From an uncultured Methylovirgula sp. (GTDB lineage: Bacteria > Pseudomonadota > Alphaproteobacteria > Rhizobiales > Beijerinckiaceae): a DNA stretch of 64,000 nucleotides. The notes below the pieces were generated by a model, which made no database searches, was not told the origin of the DNA, and saw nothing but the letters and a program-made list of their open reading frames with translations. The DNA is taken from assembly GCF_947646745.1 (NCBI RefSeq), contig NZ_CANSHK010000002.1, positions 20,816 through 84,815 on the forward strand, written 5' to 3'. Position numbers and translations under genes: made by a program. Of the stretch, positions 1-9,959 are shown in pieces. The first letter of the stretch is position 1. The number at the start of each line of letters is the position of its first letter.

Positions 1-357
1 AACAAAATCGATGCGGTCGATTCCGAACGCGGCCTCGCGCTGCTTAATGCGGCGCGGCGCCAGCCGCCGAACAATCGGCCGGTTCTGATCTCAGCTTTGA
101 CGGGGCAGGGCGTCGACGATCTCTTGTCGCGGATCGAGACGCTGCTCGGCGCCGAGCGCGTGATCCTTGATCTTTCGCTCGATGCGGGCGACGGGCAGGG
201 GCGCCATTGGCTTTACGAACACAGCGAAGTCTTAAGCCGCAGCGATGGCACGGAGGGGCGTCTGTTGCTGACCGTCAGCGTCCCGCCGGCTCTGGCCGAG
301 ACGGTGCGGCGGCGATTTATCGAAATCCCAAGGCGGGCGCGCGCAGCGCGGCAATGA
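1..357 (+). CDS. hflX: GTPase HflX, C-terminal part (5' end outside window)
   Basis: Frame 1 is open from base 1 and begins NKIDAV (NKxD G4 motif). SALTGQGVDDL follows, then a C-terminal domain ending at the stop at 355-357. It lies directly upstream of mazG, as in the common hfq-hflX-mazG arrangement. Confidence 0.8.
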   Translation, partial: NKIDAVDSERGLALLNAARRQPPNNRPVLISALTGQGVDDLLSRIETLLGAERVILDLSLDAGDGQGRHWLYEHSEVLSRSDGTEGRLLLTVSVPPALAETVRRRFIEIPRRARAARQ

Positions 358-391
358 CCGGCGCCAGGCGCAGGCCGGCTTATCTCGCGCT

Positions 392-1192
392 TTATGCCTC
401 TTGCGCTTTGGCTTCGTTCCAGAGCGCATCCATTTCGGCAAGGCTAACCGTGCCGAGTTTCCGGCCGCTCCGCCCGATCGCGCTTTCGATATAGGCGAAG
501 CGGCGCAGAAATTTTTGGTTCGTGCCGCGGATCGCCGCTTCCGGGTCGGCGCCGACATGGCGCGCAAGATTGGCGACGGCGAACAGAAGATCGCCGATCT
601 CATCCTGGATGGCCGCCGATTCCCTGGCTTCGAGCGCCGCTTCGATCTCCGCCGTCTCTTCGCGGATCTTATCGAGCACCAATCGCGCATCGTTCCAGTC
701 GAACCCGACGGTTGCGGCCTTGCTTTGCAGCTTGACCGCGCGGGTCAGGCCGGGCAGGGCAACGGGCACGCCCGCGAGTAAGCGTCCCTCGCTCTCGCTT
801 GCGCCGCGCGCCGCCTTCTCCTGCGCCTTGATTTCGGCCCAGAGACCTTTGACGTCATCAGGCGAGATATCGCGCTTGTCGCCGAAAACATGCGGATGAC
901 GGCGGATCATCTTCGCGGTGATGGCCTCAACGACATCACCGAAATCGAATGCGCCTTGTTCCTGCGCCATGCGCGCATGAAAAACGACCTGAAGGAGCAG
1001 ATCGCCAAGTTCATCCTTGAGATCGACCAGATCGCCGTGTGCGATGGCGTCGGCGACCTCATAGGCTTCCTCGATCGTGTAAGGCGCGATGGTCGCAAAA
1101 GTCTGTTCGAGATCCCAGGGAGAGCCGCTCCGCGGCGTCCGCAGCGCCGCCATGATCTCAAGGAGCCGGGTGATATCGCGCGACGTCTGCAT
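392..1192 (-). CDS. mazG: Nucleoside triphosphate pyrophosphohydrolase MazG
   Basis: 266-aa ORF with two MazG-type EExxE/D repeats (TIEEAYEVADAI; ETAEIEAALE...EIGDLLF). Confidence 0.9.
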   Translation of the reverse strand: MQTSRDITRLLEIMAALRTPRSGSPWDLEQTFATIAPYTIEEAYEVADAIAHGDLVDLKDELGDLLLQVVFHARMAQEQGAFDFGDVVEAITAKMIRRHPHVFGDKRDISPDDVKGLWAEIKAQEKAARGASESEGRLLAGVPVALPGLTRAVKLQSKAATVGFDWNDARLVLDKIREETAEIEAALEARESAAIQDEIGDLLFAVANLARHVGADPEAAIRGTNQKFLRRFAYIESAIGRSGRKLGTVSLAEMDALWNEAKAQEA

Positions 1193-1200
1193 GGGCGGTC

Positions 1201-1231
1201 AAATAAAACGGCGCGAGGTGAACCTCGCGCC
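1201..1231 (-). terminator. Rho-independent terminator after the cold-shock gene
   Basis: GGCGCGAGG (1210-1218) pairs with CCTCGCGCC (1223-1231) around a 4-nt loop. On the minus strand it is followed by a U-rich run (plus-strand AAATAAAA, 1201-1208). Confidence 0.7.
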
Positions 1232-1258
1232 GCGGGTGATCATCAATTGAGCCTGGGC

Positions 1259-1918
1259 TCAGGCGAGGGCGATCGACAAGGCCTCACGGCCTTTCGGCGT
1301 ATCGACGACCCGCATCGTCACCGGCTGGCCTTCGGCGAGATGATGAACCCCAGAGGGGCCGAGAATCGAGATATGCACGAATACGTCCTTGCCGCCGTCG
1401 TTCGACTGAACGAAGCCAAAGCCTTTGTTGTCGTCGAACCATTTGACTGTGCCGCTGACCTCAATCGCGGTCGACGGGTCAGGATGGCGGCGCGGCGGGC
1501 GGGCCTCGTTAAAACGCGGCGCCGGGGCGCGTTCGGCGGCGCCGGCCGTGTCGACCTCGAGCACGCGGGTGACCTGCGCGCCCTTAGCGCCCGTGCCGAC
1601 ATAGACTTTCAACTTGGCGCCGGGTGGAACCGTCTCATAGCCGGCGTTCTGCAGCGCGCCGATATGCAGAAAGGCGTCGCCCGTGCCGTTGCTCAATTCG
1701 ACAAAGCCGAAACCCTTGTCGCCCTTGAACCACTTGACGACCGCATCGACCGGAACGCCGCCGGCTGCGGGGGGTGGCGGTGCCATGTCGGGGCCACCAA
1801 ATCCGCCGCCGAAAGAAGGCCTCGAATGCCGGCTGGAACGCGGCGAATCGTAGGACATCGGGCCATCATCGTCAAAACCGCGCTTCTTAGGCCCGCGAAA
1901 ATCTTTACCTTTGCTCAT
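1259..1918 (-). CDS. Cold-shock-domain protein with two CSDs
   Basis: Two CSD cores are present: VKWFKGDKGFGFVEL and VKWFDDNKGFGFVQS...VFVHIS. The N-terminus is Gly/Pro/Arg-rich. Confidence 0.9.
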   Translation of the reverse strand: MSKGKDFRGPKKRGFDDDGPMSYDSPRSSRHSRPSFGGGFGGPDMAPPPPAAGGVPVDAVVKWFKGDKGFGFVELSNGTGDAFLHIGALQNAGYETVPPGAKLKVYVGTGAKGAQVTRVLEVDTAGAAERAPAPRFNEARPPRRHPDPSTAIEVSGTVKWFDDNKGFGFVQSNDGGKDVFVHISILGPSGVHHLAEGQPVTMRVVDTPKGREALSIALA

Positions 1919-2268
1919 GAGATGCCTATTCTAAACATTCAAATCTGGACGCGCTGCTCGGCCGAACAGCGCCGCAGCAGGCCGATCGCTCCTCAGGTAA
2001 TTCAGACACACTTGAAGACGAGTGCCAAAACACTCGTTCACAATGCGCGCTCTGAGCTGGTCCAGAAATGCCGACAGTCCCGCCTTTCACGTATTGATAA
2101 CAGATATTCCAGTCTCTTGGCTACCGCTTTTGCGCCAAAGTATGACGCCACTGTCTATTTCCGACCAAGCTCCGTTTAAGCTGATGCCAGGGCGCCGCAT
2201 AAAAAGCTATAAAATTCAGGGCCCTAAAGAGGGAGCTGCCCACTGCGCACAATTGTGTCAGAATCCTG

Positions 2269-3318
2269 CTAGAAAGGCGCCTTGTCAGCCTTCTTGAAAT
2301 CCGTCGTCACGTTGCCGGAGAGATCGATATTTTCCGGGTTTAGCTCCATGACCGGCGCTCCGGGCGAAAGATCGAATTTATCGAGGTCCGCCCAGATGAG
2401 GTTCGGCGCCGTCGAGAGTTCGAAGAAATAGCGCCGGTCGGTGAGGTCGATCGCCGTGCGATATTCGGTGTTGTAGACTCCGAACTGATGATAGGGCGCT
2501 CCGAACGGGACTGAGGCGTTACGCGCGATCGCCAGGATGCCGGCAATCGCCTGACGCTGGTCTTTCGGCTCCGGCAACATCGCCGCGAAATAGGACGCGC
2601 GCTGGAATCGGTCGCGCGGATTGACGTTGCCGGGCAGCGGGATTTCGTCATTGGGATGCGAAAAATCGAATTTCTTGAGCAAGGCGAGCTGCTGATCGTA
2701 GCTCGGATCATTGGTCATCACCCGGTATTGGCGGCCGTGATGGATCAACGGCTTGCCGGCGACATATTCGACGATCGCGGAATCGCCGCTGGCGTCTTCG
2801 AGCGCCAGATGCACCGTCGCCTGGTGGCCGTGCGCCTGCGCCGGCCTGATCTGAATCTTATCGAGCAGGGCAAGCGCCTCGTCGACGTTGGCGGCATTGT
2901 CGACGAGATATTGCAGCCAGAGCCCGGCATGGACCGCGGGCTTGCTCGGGTCGCGCGGACCGAAATCGGTGGCTTGGAGATAGAGCATGTGTCCGGCAAG
3001 GCCACGCTCGTTGAGGCTGTCGGCGGTGCCGATCCCATAGATCGTGACGCCGATGCTTCCGTATCGGGAGGTCCAGATCGCCGGGTTGACCGTCTCGGTC
3101 TGGTGCGCACCAACATAACCGCCATTATGGGTCAGTCCGCGCGGAAACACCGTCAAGATGGGCTCGGTCGATTCCGGCCAGTCCATGGTGCGGCCCGCGA
3201 CGACCGCGAGCTTATTGGTATTCCAAAGGATCCGCGTGCAGGTTTGCGCGGGCAGCCCGGCGGCAGCGAGCCCAAGCAGCGCGGCTCCCATACCGAAAGC
3301 GATCGTCTTGCGAGTCAT
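2269..3318 (-). CDS. Secreted linear amide C-N hydrolase (choloylglycine hydrolase / penicillin V acylase family, Ntn)
   Basis: Signal peptide (...AAAGLPAQT) is followed directly by CTRILWNT, placing Cys as the predicted N-terminal nucleophile. Length is 349 aa. Confidence 0.7.
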   Translation of the reverse strand: MTRKTIAFGMGAALLGLAAAGLPAQTCTRILWNTNKLAVVAGRTMDWPESTEPILTVFPRGLTHNGGYVGAHQTETVNPAIWTSRYGSIGVTIYGIGTADSLNERGLAGHMLYLQATDFGPRDPSKPAVHAGLWLQYLVDNAANVDEALALLDKIQIRPAQAHGHQATVHLALEDASGDSAIVEYVAGKPLIHHGRQYRVMTNDPSYDQQLALLKKFDFSHPNDEIPLPGNVNPRDRFQRASYFAAMLPEPKDQRQAIAGILAIARNASVPFGAPYHQFGVYNTEYRTAIDLTDRRYFFELSTAPNLIWADLDKFDLSPGAPVMELNPENIDLSGNVTTDFKKADKAPF

Positions 3319-3469
3319 GGCGCAATTTGACTGCGCCGATCTGGAGACGCCTTGATCTGGATCAGGGCGATTTCCGGCTTATTGAGCCGCACCCGTGATT
3401 CGCATAATCAATATTATGGAACTTCGCATTATCGTCGGGTTGTGCGGCGGAAAACCCGGCCTTGGCGCA

Positions 3470-4267
3470 TCAAAGCGCGATTCGCATGCCGTCGTAAGCT
3501 GGCTCGACATGCGCCGGCAGTTTGTGGCGGAGCTGCTCGAAATCGAGATCGGTGTGGAGATTGGTCAGGATGGCGCGCTCTGGACGCAGGGTCTCGATCC
3601 ATCCCAAAGTTTCCGGAACGGAGAAATGGCTCGGATGCGGCGTATAGCGCAAGGCATCCACGATCCAGAGCTTTAGCCCGCGCAAATGCGCTTCGCTTTC
3701 CGGCGGAATGGCGTTGAGGTCCGGCGTATAGGCAAAATCGCCGATACGGAAACCGAGCGCGTCGATCTCGCCATGGTTCAGCCGGAACGGCAGGAATGTG
3801 ATGTCGCCGCCAGGACCGCCGATTGTCACGGGATGGCCGGACTTGAGGCGCTTGTCGTTCAGCAGCGGCGGGTAAAAGCTGCCGGCTGGCGTCTCGAAAA
3901 TATAGCCGAAATGGCTGCGCACGACGGCCGCGGTGGCGGCATCCATATAAAGGTCGATGCGCCGCTTGTGCATGATGACGAGCGGCCGCACTTCGTCGAT
4001 CCCATGCGTGTGATCGGCATGGGCATGGGTCAGCAAAATGCCATCCAGCCGATCGATGTCGAGATCGAGCAACTGCGCGCGCAAGTCCGGGCCCATGTCG
4101 ATCAGGACCTGTGTCCTGGCGCCTTCGGCATTTGTTTGTTCGACGAAGAGCGCGCAGCGGCGGCGCCGGTTTTTCGAATTTTTGGGATCGCAAGCGCCCC
4201 AGCCCTGGCCGATGCGCGGCACGCCGGCGGACGAGCCGCAGCCAAGGATGGTGACGGCAAGTTTCAT
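3470..4267 (-). CDS. MBL-fold metallo-hydrolase
   Basis: THAHADHTHG metal-binding motif. 4-nt overlap with the upstream TatD-family gene. Confidence 0.85.
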   Translation of the reverse strand: MKLAVTILGCGSSAGVPRIGQGWGACDPKNSKNRRRRCALFVEQTNAEGARTQVLIDMGPDLRAQLLDLDIDRLDGILLTHAHADHTHGIDEVRPLVIMHKRRIDLYMDAATAAVVRSHFGYIFETPAGSFYPPLLNDKRLKSGHPVTIGGPGGDITFLPFRLNHGEIDALGFRIGDFAYTPDLNAIPPESEAHLRGLKLWIVDALRYTPHPSHFSVPETLGWIETLRPERAILTNLHTDLDFEQLRHKLPAHVEPAYDGMRIAL

Positions 4268-5058
4268 GCGGCCGGAGCTGCTGCCGGTGCCGGCATTTTA
4301 GAGAAGAGCCGCAGGACATTGGCGCTGGTCAGCGCGCCGAGCTCCGCCGGCGTCAGGCCCTTAATCTCGGCAATCACTTTTGCCGTCTCGGCAACAAAGG
4401 CGGGTTCGTTGCGCTTGCCGCGATAAGGGACGGGCGCGAGGAACGGCGCATCGGTTTCGACGAGCAGCCGGTCGTTCGGCACGTCGCGGGCGATGGCACG
4501 CAGCTCGCTCGAATTCTTGAAGGTCGCTATGCCGGAAAAAGAGATGGAGAGGCCGAGCGCCAGACCGGCTTCGGCCAATTTGCGCGTTGAGGTGAAGCAG
4601 TGCAGAACGGCCTTGAAAGCGCCCTTCCCCATTTCATCCTCGAGAATAGCCGCCATGTCGTCATCGGCGTCGCGCGCATGGATGACGAGCGGCAGGCCGG
4701 TTTCACGCGCCGCCGCGATATGGGTGCGAAACACCTGCGCGGCGAGATCGCGCGGCGTGTCGTCATAATGATAATCGAGGCCCGCCTCGCCGATGCCGAC
4801 GCATTTCTCGTATTGTGCCAGCGCAACGAGGTCGGCGACCGAAACCTGCTCGTCCTTGGCATTCATCGGATGCGTGCCGACGGTGCAGAAGACATCGTCA
4901 TAGGCCTCCGCCAGCGCGCGGATTTCGGCGAATTTCGAGACTGAAGTCGAAATCGTGATCATGCGCTTGACGTCGGCGGCGCGCGCCCGCGCAACCACCG
5001 CGTCGCGTTCGGCCGCGAAGTCGGGGAAATCGAGATGGCAGTGCGAGTCGATCAGCAT
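4264..5058 (-). CDS. TatD-family hydrolase
   Basis: N-terminal MLIDSHCHLD motif, 264 aa. metG-tatD-MBL gene order. Confidence 0.9.
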   Translation of the reverse strand: MLIDSHCHLDFPDFAAERDAVVARARAADVKRMITISTSVSKFAEIRALAEAYDDVFCTVGTHPMNAKDEQVSVADLVALAQYEKCVGIGEAGLDYHYDDTPRDLAAQVFRTHIAAARETGLPLVIHARDADDDMAAILEDEMGKGAFKAVLHCFTSTRKLAEAGLALGLSISFSGIATFKNSSELRAIARDVPNDRLLVETDAPFLAPVPYRGKRNEPAFVAETAKVIAEIKGLTPAELGALTSANVLRLFSKMPAPAAAPAA

Positions 5059-5137
5059 GTCAATCTTTTCAAGCGCATTTCATCTGAAACGCATCGGATT
5101 TGTCCGACAACCGTTTCACACTTTTCGGTCCGGTGCC

Positions 5138-6685
5138 TTAAGCCGGTTCCACATAACGCGGAAAGATCGGCGCGGGTTCGGGCAAAGCGCGGCCCGGCGC
5201 GTCCGTGTCGGCCTGCTTCGCAAAGGCAAAATGGCGATGCGACGGCGCGACGGCAAGAAGGTCGAGCAGCCGCTCCGCCGCCTGCGGCGTGAAGGGCTGT
5301 GCCAGGATCGCAACGACGCGCAGCACCTGCGCCGTGACATAGAGGATCGTGCCCATCCGTTCGGGATCGGTCTTCTTCTTCGTCCACGGCTCTTCGTTGG
5401 CGAAATAGCGGTTGGCGTCGCCGACGACGCGCCAGATGTCCGCCAGGACAGCATGCAGCGCGAAGCTTTTCATCGCGTCGCGAGCCTTGCCGATGAGTGC
5501 ATCCGCTGAATCGAGAATTGCCTTGTCGGCATCGGTATAAGCGCCCGGCAGCGGCAGGCGCCCGGCAAAATTCTTGGCGATCATCGAGAGCGAGCGCTGC
5601 GCCAGATTGCCGAGGTCATTGGCGAGGTCGGCATTGATGCGGTTGACGATCGCCTCGTGCGAATAATGGCCATCCTGCCCGAACGGCACTTCGCGCAGGA
5701 AGAAATAGCGCAATTGATCGACGCCATAGGTGGCGATGAGATCGGCCGGGCTGATGACATTGCCGACCGATTTCGACATTTTCTCGCCGCGGTTGAACAG
5801 GAAGCCGTGCACGACGATCTGCCTCGGCAGCGCGAACCCCGCCGACATGAGAAACGCCGGCCAATAGATGGCGTGAAAACGGGTGATGTCCTTGCCGATG
5901 ACGTGGGCGTCGGCCGGCCAGAATTTTTCCCACGTCGCATCCTGTTGCCAGGGAAAGCCGGTGCCGGTGATATAATTGGTCAGCGCATCGACCCAGACAT
6001 ACATCACATGTTTAGGATCGCCGGGGACCGGAATGCCCCAATCGAAGGTCGAGCGGCTGATCGAAAGATCGGTGAGACCCCGCTCGACGAAGGCGACGAT
6101 CTCGTTGCGATACGTCTCTGGCACGACGAAATCGGGGTTGGCGCGATAATGCGCCAGCAGTCGCTCCTGGTAGGCCGAAAGCTTGAAATAATAGCTCTCC
6201 TCCTCGACCCATTCGACTGACGCGCCGCTCGGCGCGAAATATTTGCCGCCGTCGCCTTTCGTCAACTCGGATTCGTCGAAGAAGGCTTCGTCGCGGACCG
6301 AATACCAGCCGGGATATTTCGAGAGATAAATATCGCCGTTGACCGCCATGCGGCGCCAGATCTCCTGGGCTGCGGCGCGGTGCGCGGCGCTGGTCGTGCG
6401 GACGACGACATCGGCCTCGGCGTTGAGCGCCGCGCCCATGGCCGCAAATTGCGCCGCCGTGCGGTCGGCGAGCGCGAGCGGCGTGATACCTTCGCGCGCC
6501 GCGGTCTGCTGCATCTTCTGGCCGTGCTCGTCCATGCCGGTGCAGAAGCGGACATCATAGCCGTCGAGGCGCTTGAAGCGCTGGATCGCATCGGTCGCGA
6601 TCCGCTCGTAAGCGTGGCCGATGTGCGGCGCGCCATTGGCATAAGGAATTGCGGTCGTAATGAAGAAGGTCGGGGGCTCAGCCAT
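5138..6685 (-). CDS. metG: Methionine--tRNA ligase
   Basis: HIGH-type motif (PHIGHAYE) and KMSKS motif ([10 protein letters not shown]). 515 aa. Confidence 0.95.
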   Translation of the reverse strand: MAEPPTFFITTAIPYANGAPHIGHAYERIATDAIQRFKRLDGYDVRFCTGMDEHGQKMQQTAAREGITPLALADRTAAQFAAMGAALNAEADVVVRTTSAAHRAAAQEIWRRMAVNGDIYLSKYPGWYSVRDEAFFDESELTKGDGGKYFAPSGASVEWVEEESYYFKLSAYQERLLAHYRANPDFVVPETYRNEIVAFVERGLTDLSISRSTFDWGIPVPGDPKHVMYVWVDALTNYITGTGFPWQQDATWEKFWPADAHVIGKDITRFHAIYWPAFLMSAGFALPRQIVVHGFLFNRGEKMSKSVGNVISPADLIATYGVDQLRYFFLREVPFGQDGHYSHEAIVNRINADLANDLGNLAQRSLSMIAKNFAGRLPLPGAYTDADKAILDSADALIGKARDAMKSFALHAVLADIWRVVGDANRYFANEEPWTKKKTDPERMGTILYVTAQVLRVVAILAQPFTPQAAERLLDLLAVAPSHRHFAFAKQADTDAPGRALPEPAPIFPRYVEPA

Positions 6686-6716
6686 GTTTGCTCATCGGCC
6701 GCGCCGCGACCGGGCC

Positions 6717-7793
6717 TCAGGCAGAAAGCGCCCGAGCCGCCGCGAGTTCGGCAAAAATCGACAGGATGACGGGCCGCTTGTCGAGATTGAGAGCCTCGGC
6801 TTCCCGCGCCGCATCGGCGGCTTTTTCCCATACCTCCGCCAGCGGCGCAAGGCGCGCCGGCCCGCGTGCCGCCTCGGCATGCAGGCGCTCGTCGATCCAA
6901 TCCACAATGGCCGTCAGAACGCGATCGCAATCGTCCGTCTGGTCGCGACCGGTGATCCGGTCGGCCAGGGCATGGACGGCGCGCCAATCGAGCGCCGGCA
7001 GTGCCGCAAGCAGCCCGCGGACTTGATTGTCGAGCGCGATCCCTTCATCGGCGAGGAGGCTCAGCGCCGTCGCAACCGAGCCTTGCGCCCGTGCCGCCGC
7101 GGCGCTCCGCTCGGCCTCGCTCGTCTCGGTCCAAGGTTCTCCGAGCGTGCCGATGATCTGCAGAATGGCATCGCTGGAAAGCGGCCGCAGCAGCAGCATC
7201 CGGCAGCGCGAGCGCAGGGTGGGCAAAAGCAGCGCCGGCCGGTGCGACACGATGAGAAACAGCGAGCGCGGTGGCGGCTCCTCGATCAGCTTCAACAGCG
7301 CGTTGGCGGCGGAATTGTTGAGGTCGTCGGCGGCGTCGACGATGCAGATGCGATAACCGCCCGCCGCCGCCGCCGAGCGGAAGAGATGCGAGGCCTGTCG
7401 GACATCATCGACGCGGATTTCGGTATAATGACGTTTGGATTTTTCGTTCCATTCCCGCCGCAGCAGGACGACATCGCCATGCGACAGCGCAGCGACCTTA
7501 TGCGCAATGGGATCGTCGGCGCCGACGCTGAGATCCGGCGCATTCTGCACAGGGGCTGCGGCAGGATCGGGATGCGCCAGGAGAAAGCGCGCAAGCCGCC
7601 AGGCAAGCGTGGCTTTGCCGACGCCGACAGGACCGCCGATGATGAAGGCTTGCGGCAGACGATCGGCGCGATAGGCCTCGAGCAGCTCCTGCTCCGCCTC
7701 GCGATGGCCGAAGAAGGCGCGCGTCTCGCGCGGATGCGGCGCCTCCTCGATACGATCGGCCTCCGGCGCGGCTTCGAGCGGTTTAGGCGCCAT
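6717..7793 (-). CDS. holB: DNA polymerase III subunit delta-prime
   Basis: P-loop-like GPVGVGKATLA and clamp-loader fold signature. I chose the start at MAPKPLE (ATG at 7793), which overlaps the tmk stop by 11 nt. The 437-aa track ORF extends implausibly across tmk. Confidence 0.85.
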   Translation of the reverse strand: MAPKPLEAAPEADRIEEAPHPRETRAFFGHREAEQELLEAYRADRLPQAFIIGGPVGVGKATLAWRLARFLLAHPDPAAAPVQNAPDLSVGADDPIAHKVAALSHGDVVLLRREWNEKSKRHYTEIRVDDVRQASHLFRSAAAAGGYRICIVDAADDLNNSAANALLKLIEEPPPRSLFLIVSHRPALLLPTLRSRCRMLLLRPLSSDAILQIIGTLGEPWTETSEAERSAAAARAQGSVATALSLLADEGIALDNQVRGLLAALPALDWRAVHALADRITGRDQTDDCDRVLTAIVDWIDERLHAEAARGPARLAPLAEVWEKAADAAREAEALNLDKRPVILSIFAELAAARALSA

Positions 7794-8490
7794 GCAGCGC
7801 CTCGCCCTGCGCGCTTGCGTCCGCATCGAGCAGCCGATGGCTGATCGCGTCCCAGATCGCCTGGGCGACTTCGGCTTCGCTGTGCGCCGCATCGACGACA
7901 ACGCAGCGCTCCGGTTCCGCCGCCGCGATGGCGAGATAGGCCTTGCGCAAGGCCGCGTGGAAGGCGAGGTCCTCGCCCTCGAACCGGTCCGTAGGTGCAC
8001 CGGCGCCGCGGCGCTCCGCCGCCCGCTCAAGCCCGATTTCCGGTGGCAGATCGAGGATCAAGGTCAGGTCGGGCCGCGTATCGCCAACCGTCACCCGTTC
8101 GAGGGCACGCAGAAAGCCGGGATCGAGACCGCCGAGCGTGCCCTGATAGGCGCGCGTCGAATCGGCGAACCGGTCGCAGACGACCCATTTGCCTGCCGCA
8201 AGCGCCGGCGCGATCGTATGATCGATATGGTCGATGCGCGCCGCGGCGAAGAGAATGGCTTCCGCCTTGGCGCCGAGCGCTTTGATCATTCCCGACAGCA
8301 GCAGGTCGCGGAGAATCTCGGCGCCGGGTGAGCCGCCGGGCTCGCGCGTCGAGATCGCCTCGATGCCGCGTGCCTGCAGCCGCGCCACAAGATAGCGCAC
8401 TTGCGTCGATTTGCCGGCACCCTCCCCGCCCTCAAGCGTGATGAACGTGCCGCGCCTTGGCGGATTTGTAAGCGACGGATCCGAGTTCAT
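7783..8490 (-). CDS. tmk: dTMP kinase
   Basis: FITLEGGEGAGKST P-loop. 235 aa. 4-nt overlap with the upstream carboxypeptidase gene. Confidence 0.95.
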   Translation of the reverse strand: MNSDPSLTNPPRRGTFITLEGGEGAGKSTQVRYLVARLQARGIEAISTREPGGSPGAEILRDLLLSGMIKALGAKAEAILFAAARIDHIDHTIAPALAAGKWVVCDRFADSTRAYQGTLGGLDPGFLRALERVTVGDTRPDLTLILDLPPEIGLERAAERRGAGAPTDRFEGEDLAFHAALRKAYLAIAAAEPERCVVVDAAHSEAEVAQAIWDAISHRLLDADASAQGEALHGA

Positions 8491-9689
8491 TTCTTCAGGA
8501 CATATTTGCGGAACATCTCTTCGGCATATTCAAGGCTCGCGTCCATCGCCCGGCGCTGCAACGAGCCGACGCCGATATTCGTCGTCGTCTTCAACGGCAC
8601 GTCCAATATTTCGTTCGGGCCGCGGAAGATGCGCAATTGCGCCACCTCGCGTCCGGCGGAAACAGGGGCGACCAGCGGTCCCGTATAAACGATCTGGCCG
8701 TGCAGTTTGTCGTCGGAATTGCGCGGGATCAAAACCCGAACCGGCTTTTCGGACACCAGCGGCTCGTAGCCAGTGCTGCCGCCGTAAACATCGGCATAAC
8801 CGACGATCTCGCCCGGCTTGAACAGCATCTTCGACTCGAACGAGCGAAATCCCCATTGGAATATCCGCACCGCTTCGGCTTCGCGCTCCTTGGCGGTCCG
8901 GGCGCCGTAAATTGCGAGGATGAGCCGCTGGCCGTTCTGCACGGCTGAAGCGACAATGCCATAGCCGCTGTTGTCGATATTGCCGGTCTTCAGACCGTCA
9001 GCGCCGATATCCATCGCGAGCAAGGGATTGCGGTTCGGCTGCTTGATCTTGTCCCAGGTGAAGTCCTTCTCGGAAAAATAGTGATAATATTGCGGGTAGG
9101 TCTTGATGATATAGGCGGCCAGGTTGGCCATGTCCCGCGCCGTGACCTTCTGGTCCGGATCGTCTTGGCCCCAGGGGTTGGTGAAGGTCGTGTGCGTGAG
9201 GCCGAGCTCGCGCGCGCGCTCTGTCATCCGGGTCGCAAAGGCGCCTTCCGAACCCGCTATGCCTTCGGCGAGTACGATCGCCGCATCGTTGCCGGAGACG
9301 ACGACGAGGCCGCGGATCAAATCCTCGACCCTGATCCGGCTGTGAAGGACGGCGAACATGGTCGAGCCACGCGCCATGGCGCCGCCGGTCCGCCAGGCAT
9401 TTTCGCTGACCTCAAACATATCGTCGAGTTTCAGGCGGCCCTGCGCCAAGGCGCGAAAGACGAGTTCCGCCGTCATGATTTTGGCGGTCGAGGCCGGCGT
9501 CTCCGGCGCGTCGGCATTCTTCTCGAAAAGGACGGTCTGCGAATCGGCGTCGATCAAGATGGCCGAGGGAACGCTGGTCTGAAACGCCTGCTCCGCCTGG
9601 GCCGGCCCGGACGCTATCAACGCGACGAAAATCAGCGCGGCTATTTTTCCAAGACTGCGGCTCATCGCCCGATTCACGTCCGTCCTCAT
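8487..9689 (-). CDS. D-alanyl-D-alanine carboxypeptidase (PBP5/6 class)
   Basis: SxxK (PASTAKIM), SGN (VVSGNDAA) and KTG (GLKTGNI) motifs. Signal peptide ...ASGPAQA. The start is set at the ATG preceded by GGAG; ATGs at 9665 or 9797 are also possible. Confidence 0.85.
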   Translation of the reverse strand: MRTDVNRAMSRSLGKIAALIFVALIASGPAQAEQAFQTSVPSAILIDADSQTVLFEKNADAPETPASTAKIMTAELVFRALAQGRLKLDDMFEVSENAWRTGGAMARGSTMFAVLHSRIRVEDLIRGLVVVSGNDAAIVLAEGIAGSEGAFATRMTERARELGLTHTTFTNPWGQDDPDQKVTARDMANLAAYIIKTYPQYYHYFSEKDFTWDKIKQPNRNPLLAMDIGADGLKTGNIDNSGYGIVASAVQNGQRLILAIYGARTAKEREAEAVRIFQWGFRSFESKMLFKPGEIVGYADVYGGSTGYEPLVSEKPVRVLIPRNSDDKLHGQIVYTGPLVAPVSAGREVAQLRIFRGPNEILDVPLKTTTNIGVGSLQRRAMDASLEYAEEMFRKYVLKK

Positions 9690-9959
9690 CCGCTCCGGAC
9701 TCCGCGCCGCCGCAGCGGCGATTGAGAATCGATCACGTCCGAAAGTTTGGACGTACGCGCGGAACTCTCGAATCGGCCTGCCCGGCTCGAACTTCAAACG
9801 TCCAATGCGCGCCAGCCAGAACTGGGGCGACCGAAATCGCCGCGATCAAGCGTCTGCAACATGCGTCCACGGCCGCGAGAAATCAACGCACCTCGCAGAT
9901 CGACGCACCGGTTTGCACGATCGATCCGCGCGGCGAACCGAAATCAGGCGCATTGCGAT

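Noticed and set aside
6717-8030. 437-aa version of holB
   Set aside because: The first 79 residues overlap tmk in another frame and are Arg/Ser/Pro-rich. The ATG at 7793 gives the expected delta-prime N-terminus.
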